From Oculina patagonica (taxonomy: Eukaryota): a stretch of DNA of 64,000 nt. Made by a program: the position numbers and the translations under genes. Where the stretch lies: contig NC_135761.1 in NCBI RefSeq assembly GCF_052425735.1, positions 434,001-498,000 of the forward strand, read 5' to 3'. The notes under the pieces are model-generated. The model searched no databases and had not been told where the DNA came from. It was given only the letters and a program-made list of their open reading frames with translations. Positions 40,285-52,538 of the stretch are shown here, piece after piece. Position 1 is the stretch's first letter, and each line of letters opens with the position of its first letter.

Positions 40285-43200
40285 GAGAGTAAGAAAGAGA
40301 AAGAGGGAAGACCAAAGGGTTGTTCTGATCAGGGGAGTACTGGGGCTGACTCAAGAGACACGCAGAAAGAAAATGTGTTTAAGACCGCCACCTCATAACC
40401 TTAATGCAACTGCTCCTCAAAATGAACTTTAACACAAATGTCGAATGCAGCAGGCGTACTTTGAGAAATTAATGATCTATCTGATAGCAATAATAAGAGT
40501 TTAGTAGTCGCAGACTATTTACAGAAAAAAAATTCTGGACAAAGTTTGCAGAATACGCAATTGAGTCTTAACTATTTAGGTATCGTAACAGCTATCGCTC
40601 AAGATGTAAGCTTTTTTAAAACATTTTCCTTCATATCAACTTCGCTACAGTTCTGAAACTTGGAAAAGTTATTTAGTTGCGTGGCGCCAATTTTTTTCAT
40701 CAAACTTACAGGTCGCGGTGTTGTGTCTTAAGTAAGTAATCTCTATATTTTAGGTTTTCAAAAGGTAAACTTTGATTAGGCTGGATTATCAAAGGCTTCG
40801 ACTGCCAAAGATTTAATTCTTTAGTAGGGACTATCATTTTGCTTAACTTTTGTGCTCATTATAAAAATTCGCGGAAATGTGTGGTGTGTGAGCGAATCAC
40901 GTGTAGAAGCTAACCTGTAGCTCTCCCCAGTCTTTCGTGTTGTCACGCTCAAAACCTACAGGAAGAGCACTTTTACTTTAAATAAATATATAAAGTTTTA
41001 GAAGAGTTTTTGTTAGTAAGCTGTACTTACAATTGCCTTGTTAGACAAGTAGAGTGAAAAAGTAAGCTTCACTTGAGTTACTAAAAAAAATACTGGTGCT
41101 TGAGTGTTCACTTGACGTTGAGTTCAAATTTATTTCGATTATTTCACGTTTTCTGGAGTGACTTTTATCAACCGACGTGGAAGGGGGAGGGAGCATAGTT
41201 GAACAGGGAACTCATATCTCCGGCGTTATCAGCATAGAGACGCCCAATGGTCGAAGAAGTAAGAAACACAACAGAAGTTAAGTTGAATTGCCTTTTATAT
41301 TTTCCCACGTTAAGTACCCAGTACAGATGCAAATCTTACTGAATAAAAATGATTTTAGACAGCAATATCCTCTAGAGTTCTGTATTACTACATCCCATTG
41401 CAAAGCAAGAACAGCATTTACAAAAAAAACCCTTACTTATAATTCATTGATCGTGTTTTCTTAACAGGAAAGCAGCTACTAATGCGCCTTAAAACTTTTC
41501 TGGTCTGATCTTCATTTCCGCTCTCTTAGCTGAGTAGCTGTGCCCTTTCCAGTGATACCAGTTGACACCATTAGCGTTTGAATGTTTTCCATGATGATAC
41601 AGGCCGTTTAGGTTGGCATAACGACAGTTGTTATACCACCAGCCCCCTTTAGCTTCCAAAGCACAGTTGCCGCTGCTCCTGCCGTCATTGTCCTGATCTT
41701 TGGTTGTAAAGGCGAAACCGCGATGATAGGCCAGAGAATCACCTGCAGTTCCTAAAATCGGAATAAAACGGCTGACAATAAAACTGTAAACCCTCTATCA
41801 CATGCAATCAAACAAGCGTGCGTTATATCCTTTATAACAGTATCCAGAAATAGGAAAAAATCAAGAATTCCTTCCCACCAAAAAAGATTGAAACCTAGAT
41901 CCCTCTTGTCACGTTCACGCCTTTTTTACTGCAGCGAAAAAAGTACTGCTCTATATGTAGGTAAGTACTTCACCGAAGCGCACTTTCTACATTAAAACTT
42001 CTGTGCCGAACGAGGATAATTGATCTCACTTCTTTAATATTACAGAAAATGCTCACCAGAGTAAGCTCCAAGACTCAGTTGGTACTTAGTCCTCTCACTT
42101 GTAACAGCAAAGTAATCGTACTCAGCGTATGCTGTCTTTCCCTTTGTGTCTTCCAGATAAACGCGAAGCTTGTATCGCTCACTGTTGGTCAGGCGGTGTA
42201 TCTTATCCAGTCCCAGCCAAAACTCGCCATTCAGGTTACCAAAGCCATTCTTGTAGTCGGTCCAGCCGCGGTAGAAATCAACGGAGCCGTCCAGTCTCTT
42301 CTGGAACACTGTCCACCCCCCACCGGCTGTTGTTTGGTCACAAAACACATCAAAGGCACCTGAACCATCAGGGTCGATTGTATAAACACCGCTGATTCTT
42401 TCACCAGATTTGTACAAATCAGCACAGTTCTTCTTAGAAACTGTAAAGGAATAAAATTCGGTTTAAAAAATACAAACGCATACCCTGAAAATTGAAAAAA
42501 GAACAAAATTGAAACCAGAGAGCAAATAATAATGGATGCGACGAGAAAGAAAATGCTCTGTTCAGTGACAAATCGAGACAAAAAAAATCAAATTTGGTTT
42601 TCTTCGACGTTTCAGCATTCAGCTAGGCATGCTATATCATTCATTCTGTCAATCATTATTAGTTTGTCTTCGTATAGTTGCGTCGCTATGAGGTCAAAGG
42701 AATCAGTTTTTTTTGCAGAGAAAGGACTTTAGAACAGCACTTTTTACTATGTCTGAACGCCGGTAGTAGCTGCTAAAACAATCTACTCTCACCTTTAACT
42801 GTGGTTTTGTTTCCTTTTATCTCTTCGACAGTCTTCTGAAGCCCAGCGAGTTGCTTTTTCATTTCCAGCAACAGGGTTTTGATCTCCTTGTTGGGTCCGG
42901 CGCTAAAACTGTTGTAATTGTACACATTGTGACATTTACTCGCAGTACTGACCGGTGCTGGAGTCCCTTTGGTGTTGTTCGCGTCGACACCTGGGCTCAG
43001 AGCATTTAACACCAACAACGAAATACAACCTGAGATGAGAGAGAAAAACATCATGAGTGTTTTGAACAGTGTCTTCTCAGCAACTTGAGTAAACACAGTG
43101 TTCAGACTCTGCGAAAGCCATAATTTTATATTGTGTGTTTGTTGACATTTTCACTTTCAAGATTATTCAGGTCGTTGAAAGAGCTACGTCACCGCATCTT

Positions 43201-45449
43201 GAAAAAAAATAGCCAATTTTTACATGTTTGTCGTTTCTAATCCGTCCTTAAAATTTCCAGCTGTGACCATCCATGTTAATTTTCAGTTCATTTTTACTTT
43301 TTTGGTGTTTCCTACCTTTGAAAACTATTATTTTGAAGCTTCTTTAGTTCGAAAATAATGAGAAAAATTACTTAAAATATCGTACTTGTAATATAGCTCC
43401 TAAAGTTTACAGGAATATACATTTGCGCAACCCTAACAACCGCAAAAAAATATCCAAACTATCCAAAACCTGTCCGTAAATTTTTTAAACAAACGGTATG
43501 ATTCTTGTTTGAAAAACAGCGTGATACTCCAAGATACTGTTTTTTTTTTACTTCATTTAACAGACTTCGGTATATCGATTAAATTAATTTTTACGCCTGA
43601 TTGGGCTTTTTTAAAAATTAAGGCGACGTTAATATCTCTCGCTGCTTCGTCGCCCTTTATAACTTGATCTAAGCCGGTCGAAAGTCGTCTCGGGCTGTAC
43701 TACGCTGTCTCAATACTCATCCATAGAGAGAAATTTAAACAAAGAAAATATATGTTGGAAATCCAGATGTGACTGGTTCTATCGCTGTTTTTGATTGACT
43801 AAAAACCTTCGCCAAGTTTGCTCTCAGGTCTTTTAATCGGGGATGACATCCCTGTGTGAAATGACTTTTTATCGATTGAGTTTAGGTGTTTTAAAAACTT
43901 GTGTAGCTTTATTCCGGTATCATAATTTTGTCCTCCGCACAAATGTATCCAGTTTGGCGATCATGTTTATGATATAAAACCTTTCGAGAAAGTGCGTAGA
44001 AAACGTAAAACAAGCAAAAATAAGCATGTAACAGATATTTTTAAATTTATTTACCCCTCCATATCAGGCAAAATCTTTAGTGTAAATATACTAAAGGATT
44101 TATCGTCGTTTTCAATAGTTTCTGAGACAAAGGTAACCTTTTCCAGCCGTTTATACATGTTTATATTATGAAAACCGAAATATTATACCACATTTCTGTC
44201 GCCTACTTGCTTGATTGGCACTATGCATGTTCTTCATAGCCTGCTCCAGGCTACCTCTTTCTCTCCTCTATTTTCTTTCGCTCCTAAGCGAAGTGAAATG
44301 ACAATTTTTACTTGGTAATAAGGCCAACCCAATTTTTTGTATATCCATCACCGGCGTCAGATTTGACAATTTGCATGTTAGTTTTATATCACCGCTCAGC
44401 TGTCTCAAAAACAGCGATAAATCGCAATATATTGCAAGAGAAAATATGATAAAAGGCACCAAGACTACAAAATAACAATCAAAATATTTTTACGGCAATT
44501 TCACCAGATGTTCCGCCAGCTTTGTTCATTTGTTTTGTTGCTAAATGTTTAATAAGCAAAGAATGAATCAGCATAATTTTCAACTCTGCTATGTCAACAT
44601 TTTTCTTTAAACAAAATATTGTTTCATTTATACGTGTGAGAAAACCGATTTCAAGTGTCGCTTTTGGACATAACACTATCAACTTATCAGGAAAATAAAT
44701 CTTTCTGGAATTCAACAAAAACGCCACTTACCTTTCTTCATGAAAGGTTAATCTCAACATTTCCTTCTGTTTTGAGTAAACAGCCGAGTGCTGTTTGTGG
44801 CTGGAGTCGATCCATTTACCAATGCACGCACACTTAATGAAGAACATTAAAACGAGTAGCTTCTAATTAGGCCTTTCTCTAATTTCAAAATTCTTTTATC
44901 CATCCGATTAATTTTGTGAGTAGCCCTTCGCTGTACTTCTCTTAGAGTTTGTAAAAATGAACCCTCTAGCGACCTCTAGCTTACTCGCTACTTTTTCGCG
45001 TTTTACTGTTGACATTGTTTGTCAACATTTGTGGCTTCCGTTTCGTTACATCTGGTTTCGTTACATCCGGTTTGTTTTGTTTTGTTTTTGTTTGTTTTGG
45101 TTTGTTTGACATTTTTCCTTCGCAAGTTTTGTATGTATTAGTACCCAAACAGTTCTTCGATGTACTTTGCACGTCTATATTAAAGATAAAAAACAAATAA
45201 GATTTAAGTACTTTTGAAGAAAGAACTTTTTTATAATACTACAACACAAAATGCTACACAGCAACCATTTATTAGCTTTTATTATTTGTATTAAGGACAA
45301 GTCGAAAGCTACAATTTTAATTAGTCATTCGATGCTGTTGTGTAAATTACGATCATAAAAGAATATTTAAAAAATATTTCTCCTGGTTTAATACATGAAG
45401 CATTGGTAAAGAGCAATCGCTCTGTGCTGTTCGGATCTGATCAATGGAT
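40285..45449. repeat. Tandem segmental duplication, unit B
   Basis: Begins with a copy of the second half of the KIF15 last exon and its 3' UTR, followed by FReD copy 2 and its upstream region. Confidence 0.9.
41489..43054 (-). CDS. Fibrinogen-related domain lectin (ficolin/ryncolin/MFAP4-like), copy 2, intact
   Basis: Exons 43054-42793, 42440-42057 (384 nt) and 41751-41489 splice in frame. Product is signal peptide + coiled coil + FReD, with no collagen region. Confidence 0.93.
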
Positions 45450-45502
45450 ATAATAAGCTTAGGCGTTCTCTGTTGTTTTAGTGACCGCGCAAAGCCTGGG
45501 AC

Positions 45503-45672
45503 GGTCGCGGTCCAAGCTCTCTCGGTAGTTGAAGGGGGAAGCGAAAAACGCGGGCGAGCGAGAAAAAAACGAGGGGGGGAGGGGACGAGGGCGAGCGCCT
45601 CATTTTTTTTCTCGCTCACCCGCGCCCGTTATTCGCTCTCCCATAACTACCGAGAGCCTAGCAAGGACCGTG
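45503..45672. mobile_element. Palindromic GC-rich MITE
   Basis: cgcggtccaagctctctcggtagtt...aactaccgagagcctagcaaggaccgtg folds back on itself. Confidence 0.6.
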
Positions 45673-46201
45673 GTGGGTGAGTGCTTTTCGGTGACGTCAC
45701 TTCTCACGATAGACCCAGACTTCCCTGAGCCAGGAACGCCAAGCGAACAGGCTGGAAGTTGGTGATAACATGAAGAAAGTTTCAGTCCAAGCTGAAATTC
45801 TGCGAAATGTCAAACGAGCTGAAAAAAGGTGAGAGCGCCCATAAATGAATACATAAAATAAAGTTTAGTTGTAATTGAATTTTCAGTCCGGAATTTAGAA
45901 TTTATTCCACTGATCTCTAAATAAAGAAAGAACACAACGAAATTTCTCAGTAGATAAATTTCCACATATTTTATACATGAAATGTGTTCGTCGACCCTCT
46001 TCGTCAGTCGCTGCATTTAACAGAAATAGACTAAACAAGGGATTAAGGCAACAAAATGTAAACCGGCCGTACAGATTTTGTGTTGTAGCGACAATTAAGG
46101 CGTATTTAGTATATCCATAATTTCAAATCTGGCGTTGTCCTTGTTCAGTTTAAAAATGACTTGGCAGATTGCTGATGCAGTTGACTTACTCTGTATCGCG
46201 A

Positions 46202-49200
46202 TCAATTAACCGGGTGAACCTTAGTTCTGGCTTTCTTTCCTGTGAAAGTTCTTATTTCTTCTCTTCCGTCCTCACTCATTTTTCTTTTCGCCCCTTTTGA
46301 CATGACATCAGCTGATTTGAAGTCTTGATCATCAGTTCTCTCTTCAGTTTCTATTCCATCCTGCCAGGCTTGCTTAACAACAGCAGCCTGTTCATCCAAA
46401 CTGTCGTAGCTGTCATCATTCTCATCCTCTTTCCTTTGGTCCTCATTCATCGTTTTATTCGCCCCTTCTGCCACTAAATCAGTTGATTTGAAGTCTTGAT
46501 CATCAGTTCTCTCTTCAGTTTCTATTCCATCCTGCCAGACTTGCTTAACAACAGCAGCCTGTTCATCCAGACTGTCGTAGCTGTCATCATTCTCATCCTG
46601 CCTTGTTCTCAGCTTCACCACTCTGTTAGCTCGGGGCATCTCACTTTCAGTGGCTGTGGTCGGTCTTCTTAATTCCTCACTCTCGGGATTTTCTTCAGGT
46701 CTTCTAGATTCCCCGGGTTCTTTTCCAAGTGTTGGCTTCTTCTCTTGCTGGTTTTCTTCTTTTCCAGTTTTAACAGGCTTTTCTTGAAATGAACTTGTTC
46801 CACAGGGATCTTTCACAAGTTGCCAAAAGGCTGAACGACATCTTCTGCTTCGCAATACATAGATAACTGGGTTTGATGCGCTTGAAAGAAATGTGCAAAA
46901 ATTGGCCATGAAGCCGAACCATCCACAGAACGCCGTGTCGTCCTTGGCTTCGTGATTCCAGATGGAGAAAGCAATTGTTGGAATGTAGCAGATGCAGAAC
47001 GTTACAATGGTCATAACAACAGTGATAGTGGCTTTGATGTCCATCCTGAGATAAGATAAGATAAGATAAGATAAGATAAAATTTTATTGAACACTCCTAA
47101 AGAGGTTTTTCAGTGAACAATACATGAAGTTGAATAAAATGTAAAATTTAAAATGTGTACACTAATTCCAAAAGACGGCGATCGCGAAGTAGCGAGTAAT
47201 AATAGACCGATTTCACTTTTGCCTATTCTATCTAAGGTGTGTGAAAAAATTGCACTTGATCAGCTCACACCATATTTGACTGAAAAACAAAGACTTGCAT
47301 CTAATCAAAGCGGAAACAAGAAGTGGCATTCAACCGAAACATCATTAATATCCTCTACAGACGCAATTTTACGAGCGATTGACCAAACTAAAGTTACTGC
47401 AGTAGTGTACCTAGACATGAGCAAGGCCTTCGACAGTATCAAGCATGAAATTCTAATAAAGAAACTCAAGAACATTGGCCTCTCCTCATCTGCGTTAACA
47501 TGGTTTTTCTGCGTTAACATGGTTTTCATGAGAAGACAACATGGCGGCCGGAGGTCCCACGCGCGCTCCGTCTTCATCATCGCTATTCTCGCTCAGAGCG
47601 TTTTGCAAGGTCGTTCTATTGTTTCTTCTGAGTAGTTGTTCAACCTTGGGTAGCAGCTGCGGGAAGGAATTGAATTCTACAGCTTATCTACCTGGTAACA
47701 ACGTACAGGCTTGTCACAGCGCCCGGAACGCCATCATACTTCGGGCGTTCTCGAAAGCGAAGATTCCATACTTTCCTAATTCTTCGGCGACTTACTCTAT
47801 GAGGAGAATTAAGCTTTCTGGTGACGTGGAACTGAATCCTGGCATGACTAATTGTAACGGCAATGATACAAGGACAAAAACAAAGCGAAAACAACGAAGT
47901 ATTAACATCGCACATCTTAATGTTCGCTCGCTAAAGAACAAAGAGCACTTCATCCTAGCGAAGGACTTGGCGAAGAAACACAAATTAGATATCTTCACCA
48001 TTTCACATGATTTCAGAGTCCTGGTTAAATGACTCGGTGTCCGATTTAGAAGTTGAATTCCCTGGTTTCTCCCTGTTCAGATTGGACCGAAACTATAAGA
48101 CCGGAGGAGGCGTCTGTGTATTTGTAAACAACCGCTTAAAATGCTTAAGACTTGCCGATTTATCATACATATCAAGCACTGGACTACACCAGCTATGGTT
48201 GAAGGTACAAGTCAAGAACTTCAAGTCATTTATTGTCTGTACAGCTTATCGTACCGATGATGTACCCGTCACCTGCTTTGAGACCGACTTCAGCTTCACG
48301 CTTACATCAGCCATGTCATTCAATGTTCCAATTTTTATATTGGGCGACCTCAATTGCAATTTGCTCCGACACAACGAGCCTGAACCGAAGGCATTGCTGG
48401 ACTTTTGCAATTGCTTTAATCTGACACAAGTAATCAATCAACCAACGAGAATAACTGAGCTCTCCACGAGTTTATTGGATGTGATACTAACTAACAACAA
48501 AGATCTCATCACGGAAACGAAAGTCGTCCCTCACTCAATAAGTGACCACGATCTCATCATCGCGACACTAAACCTGAAGAAACCTCGTCCCAAGCCTACT
48601 TACACTACTACGAGGAGCTTCAAGAATTACAACAAGGAAGCGTTTCTTAAAGATATTTCAAATGCCCCCTGGTCAGTTATCGACATTTTTGATGATGCTG
48701 AAGACAAGTTGAACGCGTTTAATGATCTGTTCAACCAAGTCCTCGACCAACACGCGCCTGTTAAAACTGTTAAAGTGAGAACTCGCCCCTGTCCATTTAT
48801 TAATGATAACATTCGCGCGTTAATGAAAACCAGAGATCACTGGCATAAACTAGCAAGACGAACAAACGATCCCGCCATTTGGTCGGGCTATAGGAATTTT
48901 AGACGCGAAGTAAAATGGGAATTACGACTTGCCCAAAAGACCTTTGTAGAAGATCAGATCAGGCAAAATGCAAATGACACTAACACTATGTGGAAGACCA
49001 TCCGATCATGCATACCAAAGAAATCAGCAAGCGCAAAAAGCTTTTGTAAAGATGACAAGACTATAGCAAACGAATTCAATCAATTTTTCACCTCAGTTGG
49101 GAAAACAACCCTCGAGAAAATCGAATCACTCGCCGATGAATGCGGATACACTCCTTCACATGCATCCTTTGTTCCTATACAATACCCTCTCTCGGAACAA

Positions 49201-52027
49201 TTCACGTTTCGCGATGTCGAGTACTGTGAAGTTGAAAGAGTTGTGAAGTCGCTAGCTAACAACAAAGCACCTGGCACTGACAAAATACCATCCCGTGTCA
49301 TAAAGGAATCTGCTCCTGTTATCATTCCATCGATAACCTCTATTATAAACAGTTCATTCAATTGTGGTGTTTTCCCTAGTGTCTGGAAAACGGCCTGTCT
49401 GAGCCTAGCCTCGGCTTGAAGAGGAGGCAAATTGAGCAGCATTCTCTGTGGAGAAAACGGAAAAACAGCTGCTTCCTCAATATGACGCCAAACAGGGAAT
49501 CGCGAAATGGCTAATTTATGACTTGACTCTCATAGAGCCTCTCTCCAACTAGGTGTATAAGTGGGTACCGGCGAACTTATGCTCTGGCGGGAAATGAATT
49601 ACTCCTAGTTGCTTCATGCAAGAGAAACCAGGATAAGTCCAGCCTGCATGGGCCACTAGGCTCGACGCAGACTTAAGCTACAAAATTCATATCATTCTAC
49701 TTTGAAATTGAAGAGTGAGCAGCTTTAGAAATGATAAAACTAAACCACTTTTAACATGTTAAGTTGACCGGCTAAGTTAAGTCAGTTATTTTGCTAAAGA
49801 CGACACAAAATAGTAAGATATATTTTTTTGTGGCACGAGTTTTTACATGCTGAACCCACGTCGAAGCTAGCATATAATCAATAATTATTCTCTGATATTA
49901 CGTGTAAATGCCGGGGCAACCAACGAGGAAATTTAAGGTGGCTCAACTGGATTTTCAAGGGGTGACACCGTTCAAGTTTGAGAATAAACTACGTCGCCAT
50001 TAAAACGATCACCACCGCTGCATTAGATAAAGATGAAATTTTTTCATGACCAGTACTATAGTGACATCGGAGTTGCCATAGCGACGAAATGACGTCATTA
50101 CGTTTTTTACTTTCGCTCGTATTCCTCGGAACCAGGAGATTCTTTGGAAAATCGCTCAAAGGAGCTTGTACCACACATAGCTGCCTCGATGTTGGCAAAG
50201 TTTAAATAAATTCTATGAGAGCGTTTTCGAAATATTTGGGGATGAAGTTTTCGGAGCTATAAATACAGTCAAAAACATACTGACGCGAAAATGGGGTAAT
50301 ATCTAAAGAAAACGACGCGTCTGTGAATTGAAATTTCATCTTATAGTAGTGAGATTTCATTTAAAGTCGTGTGTGAAACAAACAGTGGTGGGAATTGCTT
50401 TGGTCGATTGCGAGAAAAAAGAATTTGATGAACGTGCGTTCAAGTGCTCTTGTTGCCATTTTTGTTTATAATTTGGTCTATGCCTGCAAAAGTGACAATC
50501 AATTAAAAACGGCTCGATAAATTTTTTTAAAATTTGACAAACTCGAGGTTTGTCATCAATTGATATAGCTTGCAAGTTTCAAGCTCATTGAAAACATTTA
50601 AGGCAGTAATATTGGGCCTCTAATGTACTGATTTTTTTCTCTCAGATTTCGTGTTTACACCTCATATCGTTTCCTCATATCCACGGGCACGACTTCAGCA
50701 AAAAATTAATTTGCATTTAATAGGAGGCTCGACTGCTTTCCGAACAATTTTCCGAAACATGCTTATATTGCTTAAAAAATTGTAACAGCATTTGTCGGGC
50801 TATTGATGTCAAGGGCTTCTGTCCAGAAAACGAAAGCTATTATTTTGCATACATTGTCATTGCTATTCTTACCCCAACGCAGATTAGCATCAGGGCCCTT
50901 TAAGTTTTTTTTTTTTAATACAACCGTTCTCCTCATACAAATCCTTGTATTTCGAGCGTAATAGCTTGGGCTACCTGTGATTTGATCCGTCAGGATTTTT
51001 TTTTTACTTATTCTGGTCTTAATGACACTGACAATATAAGAACGTATCGAGAATTAAACTTCTTTCTTATGTGGTTTTTAAGTTTTTTCCTTTTAAGAAG
51101 TTTCTGCATCTTGATAAATGGCTCAGCTGAAAGCGGATGCGTTTTCTTTTTACCCTCGAGCGAATTATTTTATTGCAGAAATCTTAAGTTTACCTTTAAA
51201 ATTGCTTGACAAAGTCGCATAAAAGTTTTATGGTATTTGTCAACTACTCGGCCTGAAAGCCAAGTATAACATGAATTGCTTATAGAAACGACTTTTCAGT
51301 TCGTGGTCTGTGTTAGAATATGGTAATCACTCTTAGCTAATCCGTGGCCAAAGCACAATAGTTTGACGACACTTTTTAAAATCCTTCTTTCAGTAATAAT
51401 TACATTTTCTTACCTGTTTTTTCTTCTGATGAATGAAATAATTTGTTAACATTCCAATGACTGTTGAAGCAATCTTTGATAAGGCCATGAGTGATGCTAC
51501 CACTACCTTTCTTTCCTGAAATATTTTTCTCCTGGAAACAATCAATGGCTCCCCCTCAAAATCCATGCCAAACAAGTGAACAGAAGAGAGCGCCGTCAGT
51601 ATGGTACATACCAGCCACATAACGAACACAGCTATCTTGGCTTTCTTGGGTGTTTTCCATGTAAAGTACTTTAAATCCAGGTACACTGCCAGGAACCTGT
51701 CCAGCATTAGTACAGACATGGACACCAGGTTAAGGAGAGCAAATTCCAGGTTCAATGAGCTGGAGATGATGGCCCATGAAGTTTTTCCTGTCAACCAACT
51801 GGTCTGCAGGACACAGAACATAGCAAACAGCGGAACGTTGACAAGCGCGTTAAGAAAATCGATCAGTGCGAGATTGGCGAAAAGAATGTTTGGAAATTAC
51901 GAAACACCTTGAAGCGAGCGAAGATGGCGACAAATGATCCGTTACCAATCACTGCAATAAATGTAAGCGTCACAGCCAAGAACATCATTGCAGCTTGAGT
52001 AGCAAAAGATTTTTCTTGAGGTATCAT
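46202..52027 (-). pseudogene. Class A (rhodopsin-like) GPCR, disrupted
   Basis: Exon 1 (52027-51414) encodes TM1 GN, TM2 ANLALID, TM3 LDRF, TM4 W and TM5, with a 1-nt deletion near 51892. Exon 2 starts at 49445 (RMLLNLPPLQAEARLR), is split by the LINE at 47051-49398, and resumes as MDIKAT..CYIP..NPVIY to the stop at 46202. Confidence 0.9.
47051..49398 (+). mobile_element. Rearranged CR1/L2-group non-LTR retrotransposon (APE endonuclease + partial RT)
   Basis: Endonuclease motifs HLNVRSL, ISESWL, GGGV, GDLNCN, LLDVIL and SDHDLI; then KAPGTDKIP and FPSVWKTA. A separate RT piece has NRPISLLPILSKVCEK and YLDMSKAFDSI. The (ATAAG)n tail and 3' UTR are in the opposite orientation. CTGAG is duplicated at 47046-47050 and 49399-49403. 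Confidence 0.93.
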
Positions 52028-52159
52028 TTTGCCTTGCGAGGCAGCAAAATAAATGCGACCACGGATGAGATGCGACCATCTGGTTGCTCTAAACTACATT
52101 GTGAATTGTATAGGGCGATTGCTGACGTCATTTGTTTTTACATTTTGCTTCATTAGCAA

Positions 52160-52437
52160 TGATAATAATAATGGTAATGGATTTATATAGCGCATTTTCC
52201 ATATGTGTTTGTTCAAATGCGCTTTACACATACTGTAATTTAAGATACAATTGTTAAGGCCAGACCACAACACTGGGAGCTTCGTGCCCTGCTCTTTGCG
52301 AATAGTGTGTGGGTTCTTTAACGTCCCCTGTTTATATAAGGCTGAAGATACAGGAGACGGGACCTACGGTTTATCGTCCTTTTCCGAGAAGACTAGAATG
52401 TCTAATCATTTGCAGATATAATTACAAAGGCAGCACA

Positions 52438-52478
<41 letters not shown>

Positions 52479-52538
52479 TGGGGTTCGAACCCACGACCTC
52501 CCGCACAGCAGTCCGGCGCTCTACCAACTGAGTTAACC
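52160..52538 (-). mobile_element. tRNA-derived SINE, near full length
   Basis: Pol III A box (taactcagttgg) and B box (gttcgaacc), core accaacactcagggtcttaaaataactgag, a gtaaagcgc..gcgctatataaat stem-loop 3' end and a simple-repeat tail. Confidence 0.85.

Noticed and set aside
52480-52538. tRNA gene
   Set aside because: No complete acceptor stem; it continues into a SINE core that is repeated at 62384.
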